Positions 1 through 13,059 are shown, numbered from the stretch's first letter. The stretch is 64,000 nt of DNA from the human T2T-CHM13v2.0 reference genome, Homo sapiens (GCF_009914755.1 NC_060947.1), one strand, 5' to 3'. Translations and numbers: made by a program. The notes: generated by a model from the sequence alone, not told the origin.

Positions 1-224
1 TTCGCTAACTGCAGCCTCTGCCTCCCAGGTTCAAGCAATCCTCCCACCTCAGCCTCCCAAGTAGCTGGTATTACAGGCATTCACCACAGCGCCCAGCTAA
101 TTGTTGTATTTTTTAATGGAGACAGGTTATTGCCACACTGGCCAGGCTGGTCCTGACATCAAGTGATCCTCCCATCTCAGCCTCCCAAACTGCTGGGATT
201 ACAGGTGTGAGCCACAGTGTCTGG
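1..224 (-). mobile_element. Alu SINE (cut by window edge)
   Basis: Reverse-complement Alu motifs: cctcccaggttcaagcaatcctcc, gctgggattacaggtgtgagccac. Confidence 0.93.
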
Positions 225-2950
225 CTTTTAGGTCTTTTTGAACTCACTTATATTTGCCATTTAGATGCTAAAAAAAAAAAAAAAAGTTCTCCAAAAGTAG
301 GCTGTACCAATCGCTGTAGCCCTTGTAGCACCTTCTATAAGACCACATGAAGGTCTCCAGCACCTTATGACATTTTTTGAAGCTTCTATAACTAGACCAA
401 CCCATACTAAACAGAGTCCTACTGTGCTCCATTACATAAAACTAAAATGTATTCCTGGGAGAAAGACCATTTGGCAGGATGTTAAGTGTGAAGGCACACT
501 CTTTAAAATTGAAAGTTTCTGCATCACTTACATGGGTCAATAATTGCTTAGGACTAAAAAACTGTGATGTCACAGGTAAAATTAATGGTTGCAAGAGCAA
601 TAAATGGCTTCTATACCAAGATTCCTCTGGACATCAACATTGCCATATTCCATCAACACCAAGTCACACATTTGGGAAATTGTTTTAAAATTTAATGCCA
701 GATGATCCTTTGACCAAAAACAAGATCGGAGCCACCCCAGGAAAAAAAAAAAAAGATATTGTATTAAAACTGTGCGTGGACTAACGGGGAAATAGGCTTT
801 CCAGGACACTGAGAAGAAGGATACAGAGATTATCCAGGGACTTCTGGGCACTCACTCTGTTTTATCCTTTAAATAAGCATAAATCTTGCTGACACTGAGT
901 TTAGCTAAAGAATCATTAGCCCATTTACCCTCTAGATTGTCTTTAATGTTCCAGAATATCTAAATATCTGGATATATCTAAATCCAATATATCTAAATAT
1001 TGTCTTCTAAGGGCAAACATTATCTGTGTAAATGCTTCCTCGATGGTACTGTGACATAGTCAAAAAATGAATTCCTCAGATCAAAAAAAACAAAAGAAAA
1101 ACCCAACTTTGCATGTTAAATGTTAATGGAAGCTTCCAAGAGATGCTAGCACAGGCAGTGTAAAGGCAGCTACCTTGTTTCCAAGAAGATTCTACATTCC
1201 TGCCTAAATAAACCAGGAGTTTAATCTAACCTATGTGTGCATGTATGGTTTCTTCCTACAGCTGCACTGGATTCTGCAACTGTCATTTATAACATTATGT
1301 GGGTATCATGAATGAGGTTTAACACTTAAATATATGGCTACATTGAGGTGAAAGAGGGACGGCAGGAACAATGGGAGGAAACAAGTGCATTAGAAAACAC
1401 ATGAATATTATCATGAATTTAAGTTAAAAGGAGAGCACTGTTCTGAATAACAATGACCAACTGAACAAACACATTTACATCTGTCATAGAGTCACAAGAA
1501 CAAAGAGAAGAGAGAGAAGACAACAGTAATAAATTTATGGAAGCCAGAAAACAGATGGATAGATGGTAACTGACCTAAAAGGCTCAACTCAGCTGAATTC
1601 TAAGCCAGCAGCAGGAAAACCAGAAACAACCCAGTTTGCATCTCAGAACTTTTTCCTAACAGCTTAGGAATTGGTGGCAGCTGTAGAAATGCTGGTTAAA
1701 GTAAGGCTAAAAACAGGAGATTTCACTGAAAATCTGTTTAAGAAGAATTGGGGTCCCAAAGTGCTTCCTCCACTCAAAGCAGTCGAGAATGATCCTACTT
1801 CATCCTAACAGGAGACTGAAGGTTTATTTCTTGAAGCGAATGCGGACAGTGGGTCTTTGGACTAAGGTACACCAGGCACAGTTGATTATAGAGAGGGGGA
1901 CATTTGCCTATTAAATGTTGGCACAGTCAGCTTTCTCATCTCTTTCAGTTTCCCAAATGCTCATAAGCTATTGTAAAGGTCTTCATTTTGGAACCTGACC
2001 AATTGGGCGGGAGGCGGGGGTTGGGGTGGTGGGGGGGAAGAGATATTGGCATTAGGGATTTTCTAATGAAATAGATCAGGCAAATCACATTATAGTGTCT
2101 CCCACAATTGAAAAACCCTACTCATTTGTACAAAGCTGTATAATGTATTCAGACAGTCAAGGGTCATCAGATATGAGAAATATGAAACAAAGTGAACAAA
2201 ACAACCAGAAAGAAAAGAAACAGGAAACAAACTTGGAGAGAGAAGAAAACTTTTAAAAGGATTACTTATATCTTCTGAGAGATAAGATATTGTATCCATG
2301 AAACTAGAACAATATGGTATGAGGAAAGAACATTCGGAATACACAAAAAGTTGAAGAGCCGTTGGCAATAATATAAAAATTCAATACGAGTTTGGAAAGC
2401 ATCTCAGAAAATAGAGCAAAAAGTATAAAGAATTAAAAATGAAGGAAAAAATAAGAATCCATTCAGAAGATACTAATCTGAATAACCTGTGTTAATTAAA
2501 GTAACTAAAATCATTTGCTGAGCTATACTTATGAGTTCCTAAGCTTTACAAATTTTTTTTTAAGTTTTAGTTGTTTTTCTGATTTATAATTTAGTTTTTT
2601 GAAGTCATGATGAAATGTAGATAGTTTAAGAGGCAAACTATCTGTGGCCACAAACATAAGACGGAAAAACAGAAAGGAAGACATCAGCAACAAAACGATT
2701 TCCAGAATTTTCCCAAAAATTGAAAAACTTGAATTTCCAATTTGAAAGGGCTCATCACAAAGAAGGAAGATAGAGCCACATCAAGGCAGTTTTACATTGC
2801 TTAGGTCAAATAAAAGGTTTTTCTAAAGAGAAAGAGATGAAACAGCAACAGCAAAAACTCAGCTTTTATATAAAGGATAATGAATGATTGTGGTATTTTA
2901 TTTTGCCACAGCAATGCCGGAAGCTAGAAAACAATAGAACAATGCGATCA

Positions 2951-3259
<309 letters not shown>

Positions 3260-3307
<48 letters not shown>

Positions 3308-3372
3308 AAGACTATATATATATATATATATATATTTTAAGACTATATATATATATATATATTGTCTTAAAA
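3260..3372. repeat. Interrupted (TA)n with duplicated TTTTAAGAC and an inverted copy GTCTTAAAA
   Basis: Read directly: ttttaagac at 3304 and 3335, gtcttaaaa at 3364. Confidence 0.95.
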
Positions 3373-3828
3373 ATTTTACCTCCCATGCCCTCTTTCTGGG
3401 GAAACTACTAGAGTATGTGCTCACTAAGAAAGATGGTAAACCAAGGAAGAGGAAAATATAAGGCAACAGGGGAACCAAGTCAAGAAGGTGGCAAAAAAAA
3501 AAAAATGCCCAAGATGGTGGCAAAGGGAGATTATAGGATGACAGTGTTCAACAGGCCTAGGGAGCAAGCTGTCTATATTTAATCAGATCAGAGGTTTGTT
3601 AAGAGAGATTTCTCTTTAAAAAGGCAAAACTGATGGAATATCTAATGTATTCAAATGTATTGAGAGAAGGAATGAAGAAGAGTCTGGAAGCAAAAGTACG
3701 TGTAAATACATAGAAAACTAAGGAAACAAAAGAAACAAGAAAAGTATTTATTCCAGGGGAAACATAGTTATGCAGTAAAGAAAAAGTAGTCATAGTGAGT
3801 AGTGAGTAGAGGTGGAGAGAGGGATATC

Positions 3829-3847
3829 TAGATAGATAGATAGATAC

Positions 3848-3897
<50 letters not shown>

Positions 3898-3912
3898 GAT
3901 AGATAGAGAGAT
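3829..3912. repeat. (GATA)n tetranucleotide STR
   Basis: Visible gatagataga array. Confidence 0.97.
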
Positions 3913-4025
3913 GACACATTTTATGTAATCACAATCTAAATTCCACCAAGTTGTTTCATAGAAGTTGGAAACCTTATTGTAAAATTTATATGAAAATATA
4001 AAGTATCTAAAATAACCAAATGAGG

Positions 4026-5892
4026 CTCTCCTAGTCTGCCACCGGCCAACCTGACAGGTGCTTTGTCCTAGCTCTTTCCTGCATTTTGCTAATGGTCTCT
4101 GAGAGCACCCACCCTGGCAGCCCTCACTGGGAACTCTCTACAGACCCAGAGGAACAAAAGTGGCTCTAAACCCGGCACATGCACTTTGAATGAAATTAAA
4201 GCATTTAATATGAAGCACGGGAGCAGATAGTGCCAAATAGCAAGTAGTAGCTGGTACATATTTGGTGAGTAGGGAAGCACTTCCTTCTCTAGATGGAAGA
4301 AATTAGTCAATTTCAGTATGAAATGGAATACAATAAAGATATTAGTCAGCAAATGAGGGTCCCAGAAAAATTAAGTCAGCACCATCAAATGGTGACCTGG
4401 AACAAGAATTCCAAAAAGGAGTTCTAAATGCTAATGTGATGATGCAGGTTCTAGAGAGGATTGTTACAGCAGAGAACAACGGAGACATTCTGTTTTGAAG
4501 ACCAGTGGATTTTGACTTTATTCAGTCAACTCCCTTTAAACCTCTGGCACTAAAACCACCGCTTCATATACTTTAAGTGGAAGACCACCAGATTTTCAGG
4601 ATTTAGAAAGACCTCCTTCAACCCTTCAAAATGAAGAAATCTGTGCATTTGGCAAGCTAAAAAGAGACTGCTCTTTGAGTGAAAATGTTGTTGGCCAAAA
4701 TAGACGTTGATCAGGAGTGATTTCATCGTGACACCATCACCATAAGAAGCTGTCTTCCCAACATGTTACCCGAAAATAGAACTAATCTTTCCTCTGTTCA
4801 TGGCATTCTGTCATTTATCCAGTCTTCTACTCGTAGGGCTTACCAGCATATCGTGGATGAGATGGGTGAAAATCGCAGACCTGTGCAGTATGGCAGGTCT
4901 GCTGCTACCACTTCTAATCCGCATCGTGACAACATCAGGTATGGCACTTCAAACATAGATACAAGTGAAGGAACTTCGGATGACATGACTGTTGCAGATG
5001 CAGCTTCGTTAAGACGACAGATAATCAAACTAAATAGACGCTTGCAACATCTAGAAGAGGAGAACAAGGAACGTGCCAAGAGAGAAATGGTCATGTATTC
5101 AATTACCATAGGATTGTGGCTGCTTAGTAACTGGCTCTGGTTTCGCCGCTAGAGGTAACTTCAGCTCTTAAACATACTGCCTCAACAGCTAGAAATATAG
5201 AGAACTTGCAAACTTCTTTGTTTCTGTCTTTGCATTTTATGCCGTTATGTAGTCCATGCCCTGATGATGTGTTTCTTCCAGAGAGAAGTGGGGAAGGACC
5301 TATATTGTCAGAGGAAAGGTATATTCTGTCACTCAGCTGTATTCACTTTTAACCAGTTCTGCAGTAATACCTACTTAAAATTCTCCCTTTGCATGTTTTG
5401 TAAGTAGGCTCTAGTTTGTTGGGATTTTTTTAAAAGGAATTGATTTTTTGCCTCATCAGTCTGCACAACTAACTCTTTGAATGGGAGAAAGAGTGCATAG
5501 AGAATGGATTTAGAAAAGTATCTTTAAAAGAAAAACAATGTTTTATTCTGTTTTTCAAAGACTAATAGATTAAATGATTTTGTTAATAGATGGTTTTGCA
5601 CCTACATTTCAACATTAACACTTTTGAAGTCACGGTCTGGTGTCAGATTTAAGTAAATCAAACCACCTAATATTTCATGATCACCTTCATTAAGCACATG
5701 TACAGGTTAAATTAATTCATAACATTTCAGCAGTTTATCTAATATGTGTGCAATATGTGTGTTCTTATTTTCATTTCGGTCTTGCAGTTGGTTTTCTATA
5801 AAGTGCATATTTACTAAGCCCATGTGTGAATAATTTTTAAAACTACAGCATTAAGTACAAATGTAGTATATTTAATAAACTGTCAATCAAAA
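4026..5892 (+). pseudogene. MFFP3: Processed pseudogene of mitochondrial fission factor MFF (5' UTR, disrupted CDS 4293-5152, 3' UTR)
   Basis: ATG at 4293 gives MEEISQFQYEMEYNKDISQQMRVPEKL (MFF is MAEISRIQYEMEYTEGISQRMRVPEKL), then a frameshift and TAA. C-terminus is ...RRQIIKLNRRLQHLEEENKERAKREMVMYSITIGLWLLSNWLWFRR*. Intronless, AATAAA at 5874, short A tail, imperfect TSD aaaataaccaaatgagg (4009-4025) / aataaaaccaaataagg (5893-5909). The pseudogene number is from recall of the locus. Confidence 0.93.
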
Positions 5893-6324
5893 AATAAAAC
5901 CAAATAAGGTTTGAAAAAGAGGAATAAAGTTGATGGACTTAAACTACTGACTTCAAGTCTTATTATAAAGCTTTAGTCTTTAGTAATCAAAATTGTGTGG
6001 TATTGGCATGAGGACAGACATACCTATCAATAGAATAGAAATAGACCCATGCATATATGGTTAATTTATTTTCTCAAAAGAGAGCAATGTAATTAAGTAG
6101 GAATAGGATAGTCTTTTCAGGAAATGGTGCTAAAACAAATTAGAAATCTACATGGAAATAAAAAGAATTTCAACCCTTATTGTGTACTATACACAAAAAT
6201 TAATTAGAAGTGCATCATAAACCTCAAATAAAAGCTAAAATTATGAATAATCTATAAGGAAACAAAAGATTTCCTTAATAAGATATAAAAAGCATGGTAC
6301 TCTTAAAAGTAAAACAATTTAAAA

Positions 6325-6825
6325 ATGTAGTATAGATACAAAATGGAATACAATTCAGCCTTTAAAAGAGGGAAATTGTGTCATTTTCAACAATATAGCC
6401 AAACCTGGAGGACATTATGTTAAATGAAATAAGCAAGGCACAGAAAGACAAATACCACATGATCTCACTTATAAGTGAATCTAAAAGAGGTGAACTCACA
6501 GAAGTAGAGAGCAAAATGATGGTTACAAGAGGCTCAGAATGGGAGTGGATGAGAAAATGGAAGAAGCTTATCAAACTTTCAGTTAGACAGGAGGAATAAG
6601 CTTTAGTAATCTATTGTACAGAATGGTGACTATAATAAATAATAATATATTGCATATTTAAAAATAGCCACAATAGTAGATTTTAAATGTTTTCACCACA
6701 GAAAGGTAAGTATTTGAGGTGATAGGTTTGTTAATTAGCTGAATTTAATCATTCTATATTGTAAACATATACCAAAACACCACATTGAATCACATATATA
6801 CAATTATTAGTCAATTAAAAATAAA
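6325..6825 (+). mobile_element. L1MA-type 3' end
   Basis: aacctggaggacattatgttaaatgaaataagcaaggcacagaaagacaaataccacatgatctcactt ... caattaaaaataaa. Confidence 0.85.
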
Positions 6826-6900
6826 TTTTTTAAAAATCTAAAGAATTTTTAAAAAAGTAGATAAATTAGATGTCAAAAACTTCTCTTCTTTGAACAACAT

Positions 6901-7250
6901 TAATATGTTTGGCTCCAAATCTCATCTCCAATTATAATCCCCATGTGTCAAGGGGGGGAACTAGTGGGAGGTGATTGGATCATGGGGGCGGTTTCCCCCA
7001 GGCTGTTCTTGTGATAGTGAGTGAGTTCTCATAAAATCTGATGCTTCAAAAGTGTTTGGCAGTTTCCCCTGTGCTCTTGCTCTCCTGCTGCCATGTAAAA
7101 TGTGCCTTGCTTCCCCTTTGCCTTCTGCCATGATAGTAAGTTTCCTGCGTCCTCCAAAGCCATGTGGAACTGTGACTCAAACCTCTTTTGTTTGTAAATT
7201 ACCCAGTCTTGAGTAATATCTTTATAGCAGTGTGAAAATGGACTAATACG
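6901..7250 (+). mobile_element. THE1 (THE1D-like) MaLR 5' LTR
   Basis: ccaaatctcatc, gaggtgattggatcatgggggcggtttccccc, aattacccagtc...gtgtgaaaatggactaatac. Confidence 0.9.
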
Positions 7251-7967
7251 GAGAATTGGTACTGGCAGAGTCGGGTACTGCTATAAAGATAACCTGAAAA
7301 TATGGAAGCAACTTTGGAGCTTGGTAACAGGCAGAGGTTGGAACAGTTTGGAGGGCTCGGAAGAAGACAGGAAGATGCGGGGAAGTTTGGAACTTCCTAG
7401 AGACTTGTTGAATGGTTTTGACCAAAATACTTATAGTGACAGGGACAATGAAGTCCAGACTGAGGTAGTCTCGGATAGAGATGAGAAACTTATTGGGAAC
7501 TGAAGCAAAGGTCACTCTTGCTATGCTTTAGCAATGAGACTGGCAGCATTTTGCCCCTGCTCTAGAGATCTGTGGAACTTTGAACTTGAGAGAGATGATT
7601 TAGGGTATCTGGTGGAAGAAATTTCCAAGAAGCAAAGCATTCAATAGTTGAACTGGCTGATTCTGAAAACATTCAGTCATGTGCATTCATAAAGAGAGGG
7701 TTTGAAATTGGAACTTACATTTAAAAGGGAAGCAAAGAATAAAGGTTTGGAAAATTTGCAGCCTGACCATGTGTAGAAAAGAAAACGCATTTTCTGGGGA
7801 GGAATTCAAGCAGGCTGCAGAAATTTGCACAGGTGAAAGAGCCGAATGTTAATAGCCAAGACAATGGGGAAATTGTCTCCAGGGCATATCAGACTAGCAG
7901 CCCCTCTCATCACAGGCCCAGAGGCCTAGAAGAGAAAAATGGCTTTGTGGGCCAGGCCCAGGGCCTC
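7251..7967 (+). mobile_element. THE1 internal region (5' part only)
   Basis: gtaacaggcagaggttggaacagtttggagggctcggaagaagacaggaag, gaaaatttgcagcctgaccatg. Confidence 0.88.
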
Positions 7968-7999
7968 CCCGCCACCACCACCCGTGCCCCGCCCCCGCC

Positions 8000-8563
8000 A
8001 CCAGTGTGATATCTTGAGGAAGCACGGCGATCAAGGTCTCTCCGAATAAGATTACGACACAAAGCTGGAGAGTTGATATAACCCTGAGGTAGGACAGTAA
8101 AGGCATATTGCTGGCCTTGCCACCCAAAGGCAAATTGCTTCTTGTGGGCCTTATGGACAGGAATGGAGAAAAGGGCATTTTCCAAGGCAATGGCTACATA
8201 CCAGGTACCAGGAAATGTGTTAATTTGCTCAAGCAATGAAACCACATCTGGTACAGCAGCTGCAATTGGAGTCACCACTTGGTTAAGCTTAGAAAATCCA
8301 CTGTCTTTCTCGAAGATCCATCTGTCTTCTGCACAGGCCAAATAGGAGAGTTGAACGGGAGTGTGGTGGAAATCACCACCCCTGTGTCATTCAAGTCCTT
8401 GATGGTGGCACTAATCTCCGCAATCCCTCCAGGGATGTGATATTGTTTTTGATTTACTATTTTTCTAGGTAGAGGCAGCTCTAATGACTTCCATTTGGCC
8501 TTTCCCACCGTAATAGCCCTCACCCTACTATTCAGAGAGCCAGTGTGGGAATTCTGCAGCTGC
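8000..8563 (-). mobile_element. HERV-L pol (RT N-terminal half) fragment, frameshifted, inverted inside THE1
   Basis: Translations [98 protein letters not shown] and LPQDITLV are ERV-L RT motifs. Confidence 0.92.
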
Positions 8564-8633
8564 ACCGCTTTTGTTCATAAATTACCCAGTCTCAGGTAGT
8601 ATCTTTATCGCAGTGTAAAAACAGACTAATACA
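8564..8633 (+). mobile_element. THE1 3' LTR, terminal ~70 bp only
   Basis: cttttgttcataaattacccagtctcaggtagtatctttatcgcagtgtaaaaacagactaataca matches the end of the 5' LTR (7185-7250). Confidence 0.88.
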
Positions 8634-8658
8634 AATACTGTTAAGAAAAAGAATAGGC

Positions 8659-8960
8659 GCCAGGCGTGGTGGCTTACGCCTGTAATCCCAGCACTCTGGG
8701 AGGCCAAGGCGGGCAGATCACGAGGTTAGGAGTTCCAGACCATCCTGGCTAACACAGTGAAACCCTGTCTCTACTAAAAATACAAAAAATTAGCCGGGCG
8801 TGGTGGTGGGCACCTGTAGTCCCAGCTACTCAGGAAGCTGAGGCAGGAGAATGGCATGAACCCAGGAGGCGGAGCTTGCAGTGAGCTGAGATCGGGCCAC
8901 TGCACTGCAGCCTGGGCGACAGTGCGAGACTCCGTCTCAAAAAAAAAAAAAAAAAAGAAA
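8659..8960 (+). mobile_element. AluY-like
   Basis: Diagnostics gatcacgagg, ggctaacac, gaatggcatgaac, gagcttgcag; TSD aagaaaaagaa(t/c)aggc at 8643-8658 and 8961-8976. Confidence 0.95.
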
Positions 8961-9629
8961 AAGAAAAAGAACAGGCATGCAACAGGCTGGGAGAAAATAT
9001 TAGCAAAACACATGTCTAATAAAGGGTCTCTATGCAGAATATATAAAAACTCTTAAAACTGAATAATGAGAAGACAAACATTCCATCTAAAAACGGGAAA
9101 AGATATGAAGAGATATTTAACCAAAAAAGGCATATGAATGGCAGATAAACACATGAAAGAAAGTCAACATCTTTAGTCATTGGGGAAGTGCAATTTGAAA
9201 CCACAATGAGATACTACTCATAGCCACTAGTGCAGCTAAAATTAAGGACTGCCAATATCAAGGGTCAGCAAGAATGTTTGAACAAATGGCACACTCATAA
9301 ATTGTAGGTGAGAACATAAAGTGGTACAATCACTTTGGAAAACAGTTTGGCAGTTTCTTATAAAATAAAAAATATACCTACCTGTGACTCATAAGTATTT
9401 TCCCAAGACAAAGGTAAATATATGACTATACAAAGGTTTAATGTACATAAAAAGCTTTATTCTCAATAGTCAAAACTAAAAACAACCCAAATGTCCATTA
9501 AAAGATGAATAGATAAACAAACTGTGATATATCCATTTAATAGCATACTACCAAGCAGTAAAAAAGAACTACTGATTCATGAAACACAGATGAATCTGAG
9601 AAACATGCCAAGTGAAAGAAACCTGACTC

Positions 9630-9959
<330 letters not shown>

Positions 9960-10001
9960 CTATATATATAATTCCATTTACATAAAACTCTAGAAAACGA
10001 G

Positions 10002-10099
10002 TTTACTATTTTTCTAGATAGAGGCAGCTCTAATGACTTCCATTTGGCCTTTCCCACCATGATAGCCCTCACCCTACTGTTCAGAAAGCCAGTGTGGGA
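10002..10099 (-). repeat. Second 98-bp copy of the HERV-L pol segment at 8453-8550
   Basis: Direct alignment, 93/98 identical. Confidence 0.93.
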
Positions 10100-10250
10100 G
10101 TGTGTGCCTTGTGGGGGTGGGAGTGTGTGCCTTGTGGGGGTGAGTGTGTGCCTTGTGGGGGTGAGTGTGTGCCTTGTGGGGGTGGGAGTGTGTGCCTTGT
10201 GGGGGTGAGTGTGTGCCTTGTGGGGGTGAGTGTGTGCCTTGTGGGGGTGG
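10098..10250. repeat. Minisatellite, 7 units of GAGTGTGTGCCTTGTGGGGGT(GG)
   Basis: Unit lengths read as 23,21,21,23,21,21,23. Confidence 0.95.
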
Positions 10251-10429
10251 GAGGGGTGTGGGAATTGACCTAAAAGAGACATGAGGGGGATTTTTAGGAT
10301 AATAAAATGTTTTATATCTTGGTTGTGATGATTGCTAATGGGTATATATTTATCAAAACTTTTTGAATTTATACTTAAAATTGGTGCATTTTAATATATG
10401 TAAATTATACCTCAATAAAGTTGTTTTTA

Positions 10430-12080
10430 AAAAATCAGTGCAATTCACCACATTAACTAAACAAAGGAGACAAAAACCAGATGATCATCTCAGTAAATGC
10501 AGAAAAGGCATTTGATAAAATTCACTATCTACTCATGAAAAAAATTTAACACTCTCAAAAGAGAGGTAAACTGCCTTAAAAGGCCTATTTTTACAAAGAA
10601 CCTAGGGCAAACGTCATACTTACTGGTGAAATGCTAAGTGTTCCCTTTGAGACTGAGAATAAGACAAAGATGCTCTCTATGCACTCCTCTATTCAACACT
10701 GCACTATATGCCCTAGCCAGTACAATTAGTAAACAAAGATAAATAAGAAATATAAAGATTAGAAAGGAAGAAAGAAAACCTATTCATAGATATATTTGTG
10801 TACATAGTCAAAAATCTACAATTAACCTTAGAATTAACAAATAAGTTTAGCAAAGTTGCTGGATACGAAGTCAAAAAAACGAACTGCATTTTTATATACC
10901 AGGACAATTCATTACAAAGCGAAATTTTGAGATACCATGTATGGTAGCATCACAAAAGATCAGATACTTAGGAATGAATCTAATGTATGATGTGCAAAAG
11001 CTCCACACAGAAAACTTTAAAACATTTGAGAAATTAAAGACCTAAACCAGTAGAGAGATCCCAGTATTCACATATCAGAACACTCTATAAAGCATAAATA
11101 TCAATTCTCTCCAAATTGATTAACTACGTTTCCAATTAAGATCCTAACATTTTTGGCAAAATTTACAATGGATTCTAAAATTTATAACACAAATGCAAAG
11201 AGCTAAAATATTCAAAGCAATATCAAAGAACAGCTCTAGTGGATATCAAAACTTATATAGCGGCCAGGCGTGGTGGCTCACACCTGTAATCCCAGCACTT
11301 TGGGAAGCCGAGGCAGGAGTATTACTTCAGGAGAGTTTGAGACCAGCCTGAGCAACATAGCAAGACCTTATCTCTACAAAAAAAAGAAAAACTTAGCTAG
11401 GCATGATGGTGTGCACCTGTAGTCCCAGCTACTTGGGAGGCTGAGGCAGGAGGATTACTTGAGCCCAGGAGGTCAAGAATGTACTCCAGCCTAGGTGACA
11501 GAGTGAGACCCTGTCTCTAAAAACATTTTTTTAACCTATACAGCTATGGTAATAAAGACAAAGTATTATTGGTACAAGAATATTCAAATGGACCAATAGA
11601 ATACATATCCCAGAAGTAGACACAGACATCTATAGGCATTTGATTTATTTGTGAAAGTTGCACAGAGCCGTGGGGAACGTTTTCAACAAATGAAGTTGAA
11701 TAACTTGTAAATCCCTATACTAAAAAACAAAATTTGACATCTAACACACCCAATTTATAAAATTCAGTTCCAGGAGAATTGTGTATTTAAATGTGAAATG
11801 TGAAAGGCAAAACAATAAAACTTTTGGAATAGGAAAAGATTTTAACAGGACATACAAAAAATAACACTTACTAAAGAAAATATTGATTGATTAGATTACA
11901 TTAAAATTAAGAATTTTTGGTCATTGAAACCATTGAGAAAACGAAAGGGAAATCATAGAGTAAAAGATATTTGCAATAAAATAACAAAAGGCTTCCATCC
12001 AGAATATATGAAGAATTCTTACAAGTCAACAAATAATCTGCCTGAACATAAAAATGAACAAGAGAGTTGAAAACTTCATT
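10430..12080 (+). mobile_element. Old L1M ORF2 fragments
   Basis: atgcagaaaaggcatttgataaaattc, ctattcaacact, agtttagcaaagttgctggatac. Confidence 0.8.
11262..11523 (+). mobile_element. AluJ with internal deletions
   Basis: gaggcaggaggattacttgagcccaggaggtcaag; TSD-like acttatatagc / acctatacagc. Confidence 0.9.
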
Positions 12081-12525
12081 AACAAGCAATACTAAGCTAT
12101 AATTTTAGAATTCAGAGTGATAGTTACCTTTGGGGAGCAGTGAAAGATACCGACTGGGAGGATACATAGGAGTTGAGTTTCTGAGATACTTGGAATATTC
12201 CATTTGTTGATTTGGGTGGCAATTACACAACTCTATTTAGTGAGTTGTTTATTTATTTTACATGCATTTCCCCATATGCTACTTCACAGTTTTAAAAGTT
12301 AAAATGGAAAAAATATATCAACAGGAAAGTTACAGAAAACCTCCAAAGCTCAAATGCATACAAAAAGATGTTCATAATCATTAGCAACCAGAGAAATGCA
12401 AATTAAAACAATAAGATATCACATCTTTTAGACTGGCAGAAATAGCTTCATCATATCGGTTATGGGCAGGGATGTACCAAGGAAACCTCATTCACTAACA
12501 CTGGGAACATGGACTGATCAGGCCA

Positions 12526-12528
<3 letters not shown>

Positions 12529-12569
<41 letters not shown>
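12529..12569. repeat. (TG)n microsatellite
   Basis: Visible. Confidence 0.97.
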
Positions 12570-12571
<2 letters not shown>

Positions 12572-13059
12572 TATGACCCAACAACTCCATTCCTCATTAT
12601 ACATTCCAAATAATTTCCTACAGAGACCCATAAGGAGACATGCATTATTAGAATGTTCAGTACAATGTTATTTGTGGTGGCCAGGAATTGGTTCCCATGT
12701 GGGGTCTATCACTGGAAATGGCATAGGTGAAATGTGGTAGTTGCACTCCAAGGAGTATCATGCAGAATTAAAAATAACAGATTAGAAACAAGAATGGACC
12801 TTAAAAACAGTGCTGAATTTTAAAAGTAAGAAATGGAATGAGATACAACACAATGTCACTCATGTAAACTAAAAATACTTGGACACCAAAACAAGGTACA
12901 TTTTTCAAGAACACATAGAAACTACATGATACACATTAAATATATTTGACTATGTGTGGGGAGTAAGGGAAAATGGGAGTATAGAATGGTGATAAAATGA
13001 AATTTTTTTATAAACAAGAAAGAAAACTATGAATAGTCACAATCACACACCAAAGAAAC

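Noticed and set aside
955-1001. Three copies of atatctaaat
   Set aside because: Short AT-rich slippage duplication with no further structure
7894-8565. RT-like ORFs as a functional reverse transcriptase
   Set aside because: Split over several frames and truncated before the YxDD motif
10098-10250. Regular repeat array as CRISPR-like
   Set aside because: No unique spacers; a eukaryotic minisatellite
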